Under the pieces are notes generated by a model that saw nothing but the letters and a program-made list of their open reading frames with translations, was not told the DNA's origin and did no database searches. 64,000 nucleotides of DNA from an uncultured delta proteobacterium. Its GTDB lineage: Bacteria; Desulfobacterota; Binatia; UBA9968. The stretch covers positions 352,001-416,000 of the forward strand of contig CAWFJP010000011.1 of assembly GCA_963816145.1 (NCBI GenBank). The letters run 5' to 3'. This document shows, in pieces, positions 11,732 to 21,963 of the stretch (positions within the stretch are counted from its first letter, which is position 1; each line of letters starts with the position of its first letter). The translations under genes were made by a program, and so were the position numbers.

Positions 11732-13072
11732 CTAACTCGCCACCATTTTGGCCGTTAGCCAACGTGCCGTGCGCAGCAACCGCGCGTCGCCGCCGCGCGG
11801 CCCGACCAATTGCACGCCGATGGGTAAGCCGCCGGCGCTTTGCATGAGCGGCAGGCTGATGGCCGGCATGCCAAGTAGCGTCCACACCGAACAGAAAGTC
11901 GGATCGCCGGTGGAAGCAAGTCCCTTGGGCGCGGCACCTGGAGCGGCCGGCGTGATAATCGCATCGTAGCGCTGCTCGAACAATTCGATGAAACTCTCAT
12001 GCACGGGTTCGACGTAAGTGCGCGCGCGGAGATACTCCGCCGCGCGCACCTCTTGTCCGCGTGCGATTTGCGCCCGCAGTTGTTGGGAAAGTTTGTCGCG
12101 ACCTTTGTCCCACTCACGGGCCAGACTCACTGCCAGCTCGGCACCGAGGATGGTTTGGTGCCAATCCCACGCATTTGCTGCTGACGGAAACAAGTCGACT
12201 TCTTCGGCTTGACCGCCTAACTCTTCCATCAGCTCGCTAAAACCCTCTTTGCTTTCCGCTTCGACGCGATCCCAATAGGGCGTTTTGATAAACCCAAACA
12301 TCGGCGCCAGTGGCGGTTCTTCGCGGCAAGTTTCGAGAAAGGGAATCCGCGCCCGCGGACGAGTATCCGGATCGTTCTCGTCATGGTTTACAAGTTGCTC
12401 AGCGAGCAGCGCAATATCGTCGAGGCTGCGCGCAAACATGCCGACATGATCGAGGGTGCGGGAAAGTTGCAAGACGCCATGGCGCGAAATTACACCGTGG
12501 CTTGGCTTGAATCCGATCACACCGCAAAACGCCGCCGGGCGGATCACCGAACCGGCGGTCTGCGTGCCGAGCGCGAGCGGCACCATCCCGGCCGCTACCG
12601 CTGCAGCTGAACCGCTGGACGAGCCGCCCGGTGTGTGTTCGGGGTTATGCGGATTGCGGGTTTTCCCCGGCGAGAAAAAGGCGAACTCGGTGGTAACCGT
12701 CTTGCCCATGACGATGGCGCCCGCGGCTCGCAACAACGCCACGGTCGTGGCATCGCGCGAGGGCATCCGGCCCGTCCAAAGTACCGAGCCGCATTCGGTC
12801 GGCATATCGGCAGTGTCGAAAATATCCTTGACGCCGACCGGGACACCATGCAACGGACCGATGGGGTTACCGCTCAAGCGCAATTGATCGGCAGTGCGCG
12901 CTTGTTCTAGAGCGTACTCTGGATCGAGAAATGCCCAGGCGCACACCTGTGAATCGACTTCCTGAATCCGCGCCAGGCAGGCTTTGACAAGCTCCTCAGA
13001 AGTAATTGTCCCGTCGCGAATCAATCGAGCTGCATCGGATGCAGACAGCAAATGAAGATTTCCTAGATCCAT
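11732..13072 (-). CDS. Amidase signature family enzyme
   Basis: GVPVGVKD, PGGSSSGSAAAVA, GTQTAGSVIRPAAFCG motifs. Confidence 0.93.
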   Translation of the reverse strand: MDLGNLHLLSASDAARLIRDGTITSEELVKACLARIQEVDSQVCAWAFLDPEYALEQARTADQLRLSGNPIGPLHGVPVGVKDIFDTADMPTECGSVLWTGRMPSRDATTVALLRAAGAIVMGKTVTTEFAFFSPGKTRNPHNPEHTPGGSSSGSAAAVAAGMVPLALGTQTAGSVIRPAAFCGVIGFKPSHGVISRHGVLQLSRTLDHVGMFARSLDDIALLAEQLVNHDENDPDTRPRARIPFLETCREEPPLAPMFGFIKTPYWDRVEAESKEGFSELMEELGGQAEEVDLFPSAANAWDWHQTILGAELAVSLAREWDKGRDKLSQQLRAQIARGQEVRAAEYLRARTYVEPVHESFIELFEQRYDAIITPAAPGAAPKGLASTGDPTFCSVWTLLGMPAISLPLMQSAGGLPIGVQLVGPRGGDARLLRTARWLTAKMVAS

Positions 13073-13111
13073 TGCCTGTGTTTCGTTGCAAGTTCGGCTT
13101 GATCGGACGTT

Positions 13112-13147
13112 TTGAACTGTTTGAACGGCTTGAACGATTTGAACGGG
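13112..13147 (+). repeat. Four-copy 9-bp tandem repeat TTGAACNNN
   Basis: ttgaactgt ttgaacggc ttgaacgat ttgaacggg, between dctM and the amidase. Confidence 0.85.
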
Positions 13148-15208
13148 TTAATTCCCATATAGGAATTCCGGCAACCACAGCGTCATGCCGGGCCAGATAT
13201 ACATGCACACCAGACAGAGACAGACGATCAACATGTACGGCATCATGCCGGCAAAGATTTGGTTGAGCGTGACATGCTTGGGCGCCACGCCCTTGAGATA
13301 AAACGCCGACATCGCCACCGGCGGCGACAAGAACGCCGCCTGCAAATTGACCGCGACCATGGTGCCAAATAAAATCGGATCGACATTGAAATGACTCAGC
13401 AGTGGAATGAAGATCGGACAGAAGATCACGATGATCTCGGTCCATTCGAGGGGCCAACCCAGCAAGAAAATGATGATTTGGGAAATAAACAAGAACCCCA
13501 ACGGCGACAAGTTCATGCCAAGCACCCAGCGCTCGATTAAACCTTGGCCACCGTGCAGCGCGAACACGGCGGAGAAAAGTGCCGAGCCGATGAACAGCCA
13601 ACACACCATCGCGGTTGTTTTCGCCGTGAGAAACGTCGCTTCCTTCATATTCTGCCGAAGCTCCGGTGAGGACCTGAGATTCCAGAGCCCCGGTACGAGG
13701 GTGCCCAAGAGCGTTCCGCCGATCGAGGCGGCGACGAGCAGCGACGCAAAATCCTCGCCCTCGTACCAGCCAAGCGCGGCACCGCCAAGCGCGCCGACAA
13801 GACTCCACCATAGAACCTCGCGCAGGTATTTCGTCATGACGGCGAGATACATCGCACCGAGGGCACCGATGGCGGCCGACTCGGTTGCGGTGCAAATGCC
13901 GAACAGGATCACCGCGAGCACCACAAACGTGAGGACTCCGAGGGGCACCACCGATGCCGACAGTTCCTTCAAGATCTCTAGCTGCTCGCTATCCATGCGC
14001 CAGAGATAGACGGCAAGCAGGAGCGCGGAGACCGCCGCCAATCCCCAAAACCATTGGTAGAAATGCGCGGGAACTTTGCCCGCCACCGATTGGGCCGTCG
14101 ACTCCCCGAGCGACGTCATTTCCTCGGGCGGCGCATCCGCCGGGCGCGGAGCCTCGGTCCCTTGCGCTTCGGTTTCCGCCTCTCCGAGTTCCTGTGGCTT
14201 TTCCGCTGCGGGCGCAGGCGCCGCCGCGACCGGCGGCGCCTTAGTGGCCTGAGTCGGTGCGGCGGGTACGGCCACAGGCGTAGTAACGGATGAGGTTTGC
14301 GCCGTCGGGGCGTTGTAGACGACCACATACCACCAAGTCGCGCCATAGGTTCCGACTGTGAGCGCTACCGGTACCATGAGTGCTAGCACGTTGTTTAAGA
14401 TGAGGCCGAAACCTACGGGTTGGCCTTCCGGCGTGATTGCGTCACGCACCAGGCTTGGTCGAAACACAGCGGCGATGAGCCGGGGCACGACGCTTCGTGA
14501 GCGTTTGCTCTCAAGCTGCCTGATCCAATCCGGCACCACGACCCTGTACTGGTCGAGTGGCAGCTTGGGCGCGATCTTCGGATTGATAATCGCCCAGCCG
14601 AGAATATAGACGAGATAGAGGAACGTGAGGAAGAAACCCGGCAGCATGGCAGCGGCATACAGCTTCACGATCGACTGCCCGGCCACCGCGGCATAGACGA
14701 TTATCATCACAGAGGGCGGTATAAGGATGCCCAGAGTGCCGCCAGCGGTGATCACGCCTGAGGCGAGCCTGACGTCGTAGCCGGCATTCAGCATCGGACG
14801 GAACGCGATAACGCCCATGAGCACAACCACGGCGCCGACGATGCCGGAGGCTATCCCCCAGAACGCGGACACTAGCATGGTGGTCACAGCGAGCGAGGCG
14901 GGTACGCCCCGGAAGGCCAGCTGCACGCTGTGAAACATGCGGTCGACCAGCGCAGCGCGTTCCATGATGTAACCCATAAACACGAACAACGGCACCGACA
15001 AGAGCGTGTCGTTAGTCATGACACCGTAAGTGCGCTGGACCATCAGATCGAATGCGCGGTTCTGCCACCAGTGTTGGGCCGGATCCCAAAAAGCGATATA
15101 GCCGAAGATCATGCCTAAGCCCATGAGCGTGAATGCGGTCGGGAAACCCATCATGATCGCCACCACAATGAGACCGAGCATCGTCAGGCCGAGTAGCGGA
15201 TCGCTCAT
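13148..15208 (-). CDS. dctM: TRAP transporter large permease with internal insertions
   Basis: SVPLFVFMG, GTLGILIPPS, TATES, LSPPVAM motifs; Pro/Ala/Glu-rich loop. Confidence 0.9.
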   Translation of the reverse strand: MSDPLLGLTMLGLIVVAIMMGFPTAFTLMGLGMIFGYIAFWDPAQHWWQNRAFDLMVQRTYGVMTNDTLLSVPLFVFMGYIMERAALVDRMFHSVQLAFRGVPASLAVTTMLVSAFWGIASGIVGAVVVLMGVIAFRPMLNAGYDVRLASGVITAGGTLGILIPPSVMIIVYAAVAGQSIVKLYAAAMLPGFFLTFLYLVYILGWAIINPKIAPKLPLDQYRVVVPDWIRQLESKRSRSVVPRLIAAVFRPSLVRDAITPEGQPVGFGLILNNVLALMVPVALTVGTYGATWWYVVVYNAPTAQTSSVTTPVAVPAAPTQATKAPPVAAAPAPAAEKPQELGEAETEAQGTEAPRPADAPPEEMTSLGESTAQSVAGKVPAHFYQWFWGLAAVSALLLAVYLWRMDSEQLEILKELSASVVPLGVLTFVVLAVILFGICTATESAAIGALGAMYLAVMTKYLREVLWWSLVGALGGAALGWYEGEDFASLLVAASIGGTLLGTLVPGLWNLRSSPELRQNMKEATFLTAKTTAMVCWLFIGSALFSAVFALHGGQGLIERWVLGMNLSPLGFLFISQIIIFLLGWPLEWTEIIVIFCPIFIPLLSHFNVDPILFGTMVAVNLQAAFLSPPVAMSAFYLKGVAPKHVTLNQIFAGMMPYMLIVCLCLVCMYIWPGMTLWLPEFLYGN

Positions 15209-15885
15209 GGCTTTTTCTCTTCCTCGTCCATATCCATGGAGCTCCGATGACGCGCCGCATCGTCGATGGCATGTGCCGATCTCATCGTTGCCAGTCGCGA
15301 TTCCTCGTCGATGAATTCGCTATGCGAGAGTTGGGTCTCGATGACGTCAATCTCTTCCACGTCTTCCAAACGCGCCGGCCAGGCGCCGGTCTTGATGCAT
15401 AGAATACAGCGGACAATTTCCGCAAAGCCCTGAAGCATGACAAATGCCCCCGCGATCGGAATAACTGTCTTGAAGTAATAGATCGGCGGACCTTCCGCAG
15501 TTACATTCGAATGCTCGGCGATGCGCCAAGAGTCGGCGGCGTAGCCGTAGCCCGCATAGATGAGTCCCAGTATGCCCGGCACAAAAAATAGAAAATACAA
15601 TACGAGATCGAGCGATGCCTGGGCGCGCGGCTTCAAGTAAATGTAAACAAAGTCGGCGCGTACATGGCCGGCGAGCGCCAAAGTGTAGGCGCCGCACATC
15701 ATGAACAGTGTGCCGTAAAGCATATTATTCAAATCGAAGATCCACGACGTCGGCGCGTTCAAGATGTAGCGCTTGAACACCTCGATGGACACCACCAGGG
15801 TCAATCCCAAGATCAGCCACGCGAACGCCTTGCCGGTCCAGTAACTGATCTGGTCAATAAATCGGATCAATCGTTGCGCGTTCAT
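15205..15885 (-). CDS. dctQ: TRAP transporter small permease
   Basis: RYILNAPT, GHVRADF motifs, about 4 TM segments; 4-nt overlap with dctM. Confidence 0.9.
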   Translation of the reverse strand: MNAQRLIRFIDQISYWTGKAFAWLILGLTLVVSIEVFKRYILNAPTSWIFDLNNMLYGTLFMMCGAYTLALAGHVRADFVYIYLKPRAQASLDLVLYFLFFVPGILGLIYAGYGYAADSWRIAEHSNVTAEGPPIYYFKTVIPIAGAFVMLQGFAEIVRCILCIKTGAWPARLEDVEEIDVIETQLSHSEFIDEESRLATMRSAHAIDDAARHRSSMDMDEEEKKP

Positions 15886-15896
15886 GGTTTATCTCG

Positions 15897-15935
15897 AAAA
15901 AAAGCCAGTCATCCGGTTAGCGCCGGATGACTGGC
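15897..15935 (-). terminator. Intrinsic terminator/attenuator after the TRAP binding-protein gene
   Basis: 13-bp perfect stem GCCAGTCATCCGG/CCGGATGACTGGC followed by T7 on the minus strand. Confidence 0.75.
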
Positions 15936-15961
15936 GAATTGCAACAAAGGGGTTATAGAAT

Positions 15962-17128
15962 TTAACCCTTCTTTTCCGCCGGTTTGGCGGCGGGCTTGGC
16001 AAAATAGTGGTTGTAGGCCATTCGGCGGGCTACGTTCGTGTCGAGATCCCACTTGACTGCTCGCGCAGCGAAAGCGCGCTGTGAGGCGGCGACCTCTTTG
16101 AATAGCGGATTCTCAGCCGCCTTCTTCGCCTCCACTTGGTCGAAGACCTCGAGCTGCTTCTGCAGCACCGAGTCCGGCGTCCGGAAGAATCTCACTTTGT
16201 CTTTGCCCTGCAGTTCGATGTAGTCCTTCGAATAGCGGTCGATCGCCTTCCAAGACATATCCGCCGACGCCGCGTCCACCGCGTACGCGATGATCGCCCT
16301 CATCTTTTCCGGCAGCGCATCGAATTTGGTCTTGTTGAACAAAATCTCAAATTGCTCGGCGTTCTGATGGTAGCTCTGCAACATGCAAACCTTGGAGACA
16401 TCGGCGAAGCCCAGCGCGCGGTCTGACGACGCGTTATTGAACTCGGCGGCATCGAGCAGTCCCCGGTCCATCGCCGGAACAATTTCGCCGCCCGGCAGCG
16501 CATTCACTGCGGCGCCCATGCCTTGAAAGAGATCGATGGAGATACCGACCGTGCGGAACTTCATGCCCTTGAAATCATCTGGTTTCGTGACCGGCTTCTT
16601 GTACCAGCCGAGCGGCTGGGTCGGCATCGGGCCGTACGGAAATGAGACTACATTGGCGCCGAGCGAGTTGTAGATTTTGTTGAGCAGCTCCTTGCCGCCG
16701 CCGTATTTGTGCCAGGAGAGGATCATGTTGGCATCCATGCCATAAGCAGGACTCGAACCCCAGAGCGCGAGCGCCGTCTGCTTGCCGTAATGGTAGGAGA
16801 GCACACCATGAGCCCCATCGAGCGTCCCCTTCGACACCGCGTCAAGCACACCAAAGGCCGGCACTACTGCGCCCGCGGGCAGAACTTCGATCTTGAGATC
16901 GCCGCCCGTCATGTCAACGACCTTTTTGGCGAAGTCGAGGGCAAACTCGTGAAAAATATCTTTGGACGGCCAAGTGCTCTGCCAGCGCATTGAAGTCGCG
17001 CCTTGTGCCTTCACGATGGTGGGGAAACCGAGCACTGCCGCGCCGCCCGCGGCGATAGCAGCTTTCAGAACGTTGCGCCGTGAAACTTTCTTCGCTTCTG
17101 ATGTCTCAATCTGTGGTTCTTCCGACAT
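15962..17128 (-). CDS. dctP: TRAP substrate-binding protein (TakP-like), Tat-exported
   Basis: SRRNVLK twin-arginine signal, WQSTWP, LPAGAVVP, KGMKFR, LDAAEF motifs. Confidence 0.9.
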   Translation of the reverse strand: MSEEPQIETSEAKKVSRRNVLKAAIAAGGAAVLGFPTIVKAQGATSMRWQSTWPSKDIFHEFALDFAKKVVDMTGGDLKIEVLPAGAVVPAFGVLDAVSKGTLDGAHGVLSYHYGKQTALALWGSSPAYGMDANMILSWHKYGGGKELLNKIYNSLGANVVSFPYGPMPTQPLGWYKKPVTKPDDFKGMKFRTVGISIDLFQGMGAAVNALPGGEIVPAMDRGLLDAAEFNNASSDRALGFADVSKVCMLQSYHQNAEQFEILFNKTKFDALPEKMRAIIAYAVDAASADMSWKAIDRYSKDYIELQGKDKVRFFRTPDSVLQKQLEVFDQVEAKKAAENPLFKEVAASQRAFAARAVKWDLDTNVARRMAYNHYFAKPAAKPAEKKG

Positions 17129-17245
17129 AGTCAGCCTCCTAGTGAAAACAAACGTTGTAAGCTTATATTACAGGCAGCTTAAGTTAGTCAAACTTGGTAG
17201 GCTCAGGTTGACACCCTATTTCGCTCTCAGCTACGGTTGCCACAC

Positions 17246-18682
17246 ATGGATAGGCGAGAATTGATTCTTGAACTACAGCGCATCGTTGGAACGCAGCACG
17301 TACTCATCGAGCGAGAGGACGTGATCGTCTACGAGCAGGACGGTTCGATCTTTCAGGTCATGCCGGAAATCGTCGTCGTGCCGGCCTACGTCGAAGAAGT
17401 CGCCGCGGTGGTCAAAGCGGCCAAGCACGCCAATGTGCCGATCGTGCCGCGCGGCTCGGGTACGGGCTTGGCGGGCGGCGCGGTACCGGCCGAAGGCGGT
17501 ATCATTCTGTCGCTGTCGCGGTTAAATCGCATTGTCAAAATCGATCTGGAAAATCGTATCGCCGTCGTCGAGCCCGGCGTGATCAACCTCGACGTAACGA
17601 AAGCCGTCGCCGGAGACGGCTTTTTTTACGCGCCCGACCCGAGCAGCCAGGCCGCTTGCTCCATCGGCGGTAACGTCGCGAATAATTCCGGCGGCCCGCA
17701 TACTCTCGCCTATGGCGTCACGACCAACCATGTATTAGGCGTCGAAGTCGTCCTCGACGACGGTGCAATCGTCTGGCTTGGCGGCGAAGTGCCGGACACG
17801 CCGGGCTACGATCTCTGCGGCGTTTTCGTCGGCTCCGAAGGCACCATGGGCATTGTAACGAAAATCGCCGTCAAACTTATGCGGACGCGCGAATCCGTGC
17901 GCACCTTGCTCGCAATCTTCAACGACATGGACTGCGCTACCAAAACCGTCGTCGATATCACCTCGGCAGGAATCATTCCGGCGGCGCTGGAAATCATGGA
18001 CCAAGTCGCCATCGACGCGGTCGAGCGTGGCGCACCGGTGGGCTTTCCCCGCGACGCCGCCGCAGTGCTGATCGTCGAAGTCGAAGGGCTGAGCCAACAC
18101 ACCGACCGGTCGATACATCTCGCTAGTGAGGTATGTCAACGCAACGGCGCCCGTGAAGTGCGCGTTGCCAAGGACGAAAGCGAAAGACAACTTATATGGA
18201 AAGGCCGCAAGGGCGCCTTCGGCGCCATGGGTACATTGGCACCCAATTACTACGTCCAAGACGGCGTCGTGCCGCGCAGCCAGTTACCCGAGATGATGCG
18301 CCGCGTCGCCGCCATCAGCAAAGAATTTAGCTTGAAGATCGCTAATGTGTTTCACGCCGGTGACGGCAATCTTCACCCGAACATACTTTTCGATATGCGC
18401 ACACCCGGCGAGTTGGAGCGCGTCATTGCAGCCGGCGCGGCGACCCTGCGCGCCTGCGTCGAATTGGGTGGCAGCATCACCGGCGAACATGGCGTCGGCA
18501 TGGAAAAAAAGGCTTATATCGGTCTGTTATTCAACGACACCGATCTCTCCGCCATGACCCGGGTGCGCCAAGCCTTCGACCCCGACAACCGTTTCAATCC
18601 GGCAAAACTTTTCCCGAGCCCGGCGAGCTGTGGCGAGGTGCGATTGAAGCCGGCAATGATTCCGGCAGGATTATGGAAATAA
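17246..18682 (+). CDS. glcD: Glycolate oxidase FAD subunit GlcD-like
   Basis: PRGSGTGLAGG, APDPSSQ, HAGDGNLHP, ITGEHGVG motifs. Confidence 0.88.
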   Translation: MDRRELILELQRIVGTQHVLIEREDVIVYEQDGSIFQVMPEIVVVPAYVEEVAAVVKAAKHANVPIVPRGSGTGLAGGAVPAEGGIILSLSRLNRIVKIDLENRIAVVEPGVINLDVTKAVAGDGFFYAPDPSSQAACSIGGNVANNSGGPHTLAYGVTTNHVLGVEVVLDDGAIVWLGGEVPDTPGYDLCGVFVGSEGTMGIVTKIAVKLMRTRESVRTLLAIFNDMDCATKTVVDITSAGIIPAALEIMDQVAIDAVERGAPVGFPRDAAAVLIVEVEGLSQHTDRSIHLASEVCQRNGAREVRVAKDESERQLIWKGRKGAFGAMGTLAPNYYVQDGVVPRSQLPEMMRRVAAISKEFSLKIANVFHAGDGNLHPNILFDMRTPGELERVIAAGAATLRACVELGGSITGEHGVGMEKKAYIGLLFNDTDLSAMTRVRQAFDPDNRFNPAKLFPSPASCGEVRLKPAMIPAGLWK

Positions 18683-18769
18683 CTGATTGGTTTCTCGTTC
18701 TGCGTTTTGGCTTTCGAGTCAAGAACACAAACTCGTACCCCGAAAACCGAAACAGAATTGAGGTTATCA

Positions 18770-20074
18770 TTGGCGCACACGCACCATATACCAGATGATA
18801 CTCACGGCGCGACAGTGCCAAGTTTGAACCTTGCCGAACTGTACCAATGCGTCCACTGCGGTTTATGCTTGAACCAGTGTCCGACCTATCGCGTCACCCG
18901 TCTCGAAACCGAATCGCCGCGCGGCCGAATTCATCTGGTCAAAGCGGCGGCCGATGGGCGCATCGAGTTGAACGACCGTTTCAAAGAGCATCTGCAACTT
19001 TGCCTGCTCTGCCGCGCCTGCGAGTCCGCCTGTCCGTCCGGCGTACAATATGGCCGCATCGCCGAAACCGCGCGTGAGCATATCGGTCCGCCAGGCTCGC
19101 CGATAGTCAAAGCGCTCTTGAACTTTGTCTTCACTCAGCTGCTGCCCCATGCCGGCAGGTTGAAGTTAGTCTTCACGCTCCTGCGCCTGTACCAGCGCAG
19201 CGGTCTGCAGAAACTCGCGTGCCTGTTGATGCCCGCGAAGCTACGCGCCATGGATGCCATGTTGCCGGCGATTCCGGCAACATTTTTTCAGCCGGCCGCG
19301 AATGTTCTACCCGCCATCGGCCCGCGCCGCGCCCGCGTCGCCATGCTCAATGGCTGCGTCATGCCGCTGCTCTTCGGCGACGTGAACGACGCCACGGTCC
19401 GGGTGCTGCGGCGCAGCGGCTGCGAAGTGATATTTCCCGAGCAGCAGCTCTGCTGCGGCGCCTTGAACATACACAACGGCGAAACGGTTGCAGCGAAAAC
19501 CATGGCCCGGCGCAACATCGATGCGTTTCTCGAAGCCGGTGCCGATGCCATTGTCGTCAACGCCGCCGGCTGCGGCGCGGCGATGAAGGAATATGACTTC
19601 TTATTGCGCGAAGACACGGTCTACGCCGAGAAAGCCAAACGCTTCTCCGCCCTGGTCAAAGACGCCGCAGAATTTCTCGCCGGGCTTGGGCTAGTTGGCG
19701 ACTTAAAGCCGATCCATTTAACCGTTACCTACCAAGATCCCTGTCACCTGGCCCATGGGCAAAAAATCCGCCGCCAACCGCGCGAGCTGCTGCAAGCGAT
19801 CCCCGGACTAAAACTGATCGAGATGGACGGCTCCGACCGCTGCTGCGGCAGCGCCGGCATTTATAACCTGACTCACGCCGGCATCTCGCAACAGCTACTT
19901 AAGGAGAAAATGCAGGCCGTCAGCGCGGCGAACGCCGACGCCATCGTCGCGCCCAATCCCGGCTGCATGCTGCAACTTCGCTTCGGCGCGCGGCGCTACG
20001 GACCAAATTTGCCGGTCTATCACTTGATGGATCTGCTCGATCGCGCTTACGGCGAGTCGCCGGTGCAATCATGA
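18770..20074 (+). CDS. glcF: Glycolate oxidase iron-sulfur subunit GlcF-like
   Basis: CVHCGLCLNQCP and CLLCRACESACP ferredoxin motifs plus two CCG domains. TTG start chosen after GAGG; start is uncertain. Confidence 0.88.
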   Translation: MAHTHHIPDDTHGATVPSLNLAELYQCVHCGLCLNQCPTYRVTRLETESPRGRIHLVKAAADGRIELNDRFKEHLQLCLLCRACESACPSGVQYGRIAETAREHIGPPGSPIVKALLNFVFTQLLPHAGRLKLVFTLLRLYQRSGLQKLACLLMPAKLRAMDAMLPAIPATFFQPAANVLPAIGPRRARVAMLNGCVMPLLFGDVNDATVRVLRRSGCEVIFPEQQLCCGALNIHNGETVAAKTMARRNIDAFLEAGADAIVVNAAGCGAAMKEYDFLLREDTVYAEKAKRFSALVKDAAEFLAGLGLVGDLKPIHLTVTYQDPCHLAHGQKIRRQPRELLQAIPGLKLIEMDGSDRCCGSAGIYNLTHAGISQQLLKEKMQAVSAANADAIVAPNPGCMLQLRFGARRYGPNLPVYHLMDLLDRAYGESPVQS

Positions 20075-21357
20075 AGGTTTCTACTGAGGAGCTTACCGAG
20101 CGCCTATCGGCGAGTCTCGGTAGCGAAGCAATCACTGCTGAGGAAAGTCAACTTGCAGAACACGCGGTCGATGGCGCTATGCCGAAATTGATCTGCACGC
20201 CTGCCACGGCGGAACAGGTGGCCGCCGCCGTGAGAATTTGCTCTGAAGCTCAGGCAACCCTCGCGCCCTGGGGTGGCGGCACAGCGATGATCTTGGGCAA
20301 TCCGCCGCGCACACTCGATGTCGTCGTAAAATCTACTCGGCTCAACCGAGTCATCGACCACGACCACGCCAACCTAACAGCGACGGTGCAAAGCGGCATC
20401 ACACTAAACGCTCTACAATCGGCTCTCGCACCGCACAAGCAGTTCGTTCCCTTCGACCCGCCGTTGCCAGGGCGCTCGACCGTCGGTGGCATCGTCGCGG
20501 CAAATCTGAATGGTCCACGGCGCAGCAGTTACGGCAGCGTGCGCGACTTGGTCATCGGCATGAGAGTTGTCCTCGCCTCAGGCGAAACCATCAAAGCCGG
20601 CGGCAAAGTCGTCAAAAATGTCGCCGGCTACGACATGTGCAAACTGTTCACCGGGTCGCTCGGAACGCTGGGAATCATCAGCGAAGTCACCTTGAGAGTG
20701 GCGCCGATCCCAGCTCATTCGGCGACGGTGATCGCTACCGGCACACTGGCGAACGCGGTACAATGTGCCAGTCAGTTGACGCGCACCAAACTGCTGCCGA
20801 CCGCGGTCTATCTCCGCAACTCTAATGGCGCAGCGTCATGGCGAGTGGCGGTCAGTTTCGACGGCTTCGCCGAGACCGTCGCCCGCCAGACCAGCGAGCT
20901 GATGGAAATCGCGCAGCGACTGGGTCTGACGCAAGAAGTCATCGATGGCGCAAGACAGCAGAATTTTTGGCAAGCAATGGCCGATCTGCCCGTCAGCCAA
21001 GACCGCCTGATCTATCGCCTTACCGTCCCGCGCGACGCCCTCACGCAAGCCATTTCGACAATCATTGGCTGGATAAAAGTTGAACCGGCACCGGCGATCT
21101 GCGCTGATGTTGCTATGGGAACCCTGTGGTTAGTTGTGCCGGCCAATCAGGAGACCGTTGATTTGTTTCCCCGCCTGATCGCTTTGGCGCAAGAGCAGCG
21201 CGGTCACGCGATCGTCTTCGCCGCGCCGGCACCGGTAAAAAAAGCTATCGATGTCTGGGGCCCGACCACACCAGCTCACACGCTGATGCGTAAGATCAAG
21301 CAAGAATTCGATCCAATCGGGCTGTTCAACCCTGGGCGCTATATCGGCGGGCTATAA
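20071..21357 (+). CDS. glcE: Glycolate oxidase FAD-binding subunit GlcE-like
   Basis: GGKVVKNVAGYDMCKLFTGSLGTLG, FDPIGLFNPGR motifs. Confidence 0.88.
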   Translation: MKVSTEELTERLSASLGSEAITAEESQLAEHAVDGAMPKLICTPATAEQVAAAVRICSEAQATLAPWGGGTAMILGNPPRTLDVVVKSTRLNRVIDHDHANLTATVQSGITLNALQSALAPHKQFVPFDPPLPGRSTVGGIVAANLNGPRRSSYGSVRDLVIGMRVVLASGETIKAGGKVVKNVAGYDMCKLFTGSLGTLGIISEVTLRVAPIPAHSATVIATGTLANAVQCASQLTRTKLLPTAVYLRNSNGAASWRVAVSFDGFAETVARQTSELMEIAQRLGLTQEVIDGARQQNFWQAMADLPVSQDRLIYRLTVPRDALTQAISTIIGWIKVEPAPAICADVAMGTLWLVVPANQETVDLFPRLIALAQEQRGHAIVFAAPAPVKKAIDVWGPTTPAHTLMRKIKQEFDPIGLFNPGRYIGGL

Positions 21358-21364
21358 GACGCGA

Positions 21365-21392
21365 GGGCAACCACAGGGGGGTTGCCCCCTAC
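21365..21392 (-). repeat. GTAG-type REP palindrome
   Basis: Minus strand reads GTAGGGGGCAACCCCCCTGTGGTTGCCC, a GTAG head followed by a GGGCAACC/GGTTGCCC hairpin. Confidence 0.65.
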
Positions 21393-21459
21393 AAGTCTGA
21401 TTCTTTTTTTGCGTTCTTCGCGCTTTGCGGTTAATCTCCCGAATCCGAACCGTCACCGC

Positions 21460-21963
21460 TTAGAAAAACCGCACTACCCAATCGCCAAACCAGTTGTCGA
21501 TGCCATAAGCCGCGCTGCCTTTGATGGCGAAATAGATCGCCGCAACGAGAAACACCAGATTATCGCGCAGGCCCACCTCATGGGCATGATAGGACTGCCG
21601 GTCGAAGGAGCGAAAGTAACCCTGGGCTTTGTCATCTTGGATCGCCGCGATGACCACCGGCACCATGGTCGGCAGGACTTTCAACCAATGCCAATGCAGC
21701 CCAAAAGTTGGTATCAGGAATATGACGATCATCACCGCGCAAATCGGGGTTTGGATTCCCGCTGCCAAACCAAAACCGCCGACGACCATTAGAATGGTTG
21801 CCAGGAATCCGAAAAAAGTCGCACCCCTGGGAAAAAGAATGCTGGCGGTGTTCACCGGGTTGGGCCAGCGGGCGACGTTGCTAATCCCGCTGATTAACAT
21901 GCGCCAGCCCAAAATCACCCGCAATAACGCCTCCACAACCAAAATTAATGTTGAAGTATCCAA
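21460..21963 (-). CDS. DoxX-like membrane protein
   Basis: LLRVILG N-terminal helix, GLAAGIQT, terminal GSAAYGID motif. Confidence 0.7.
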   Translation of the reverse strand: MDTSTLILVVEALLRVILGWRMLISGISNVARWPNPVNTASILFPRGATFFGFLATILMVVGGFGLAAGIQTPICAVMIVIFLIPTFGLHWHWLKVLPTMVPVVIAAIQDDKAQGYFRSFDRQSYHAHEVGLRDNLVFLVAAIYFAIKGSAAYGIDNWFGDWVVRFF

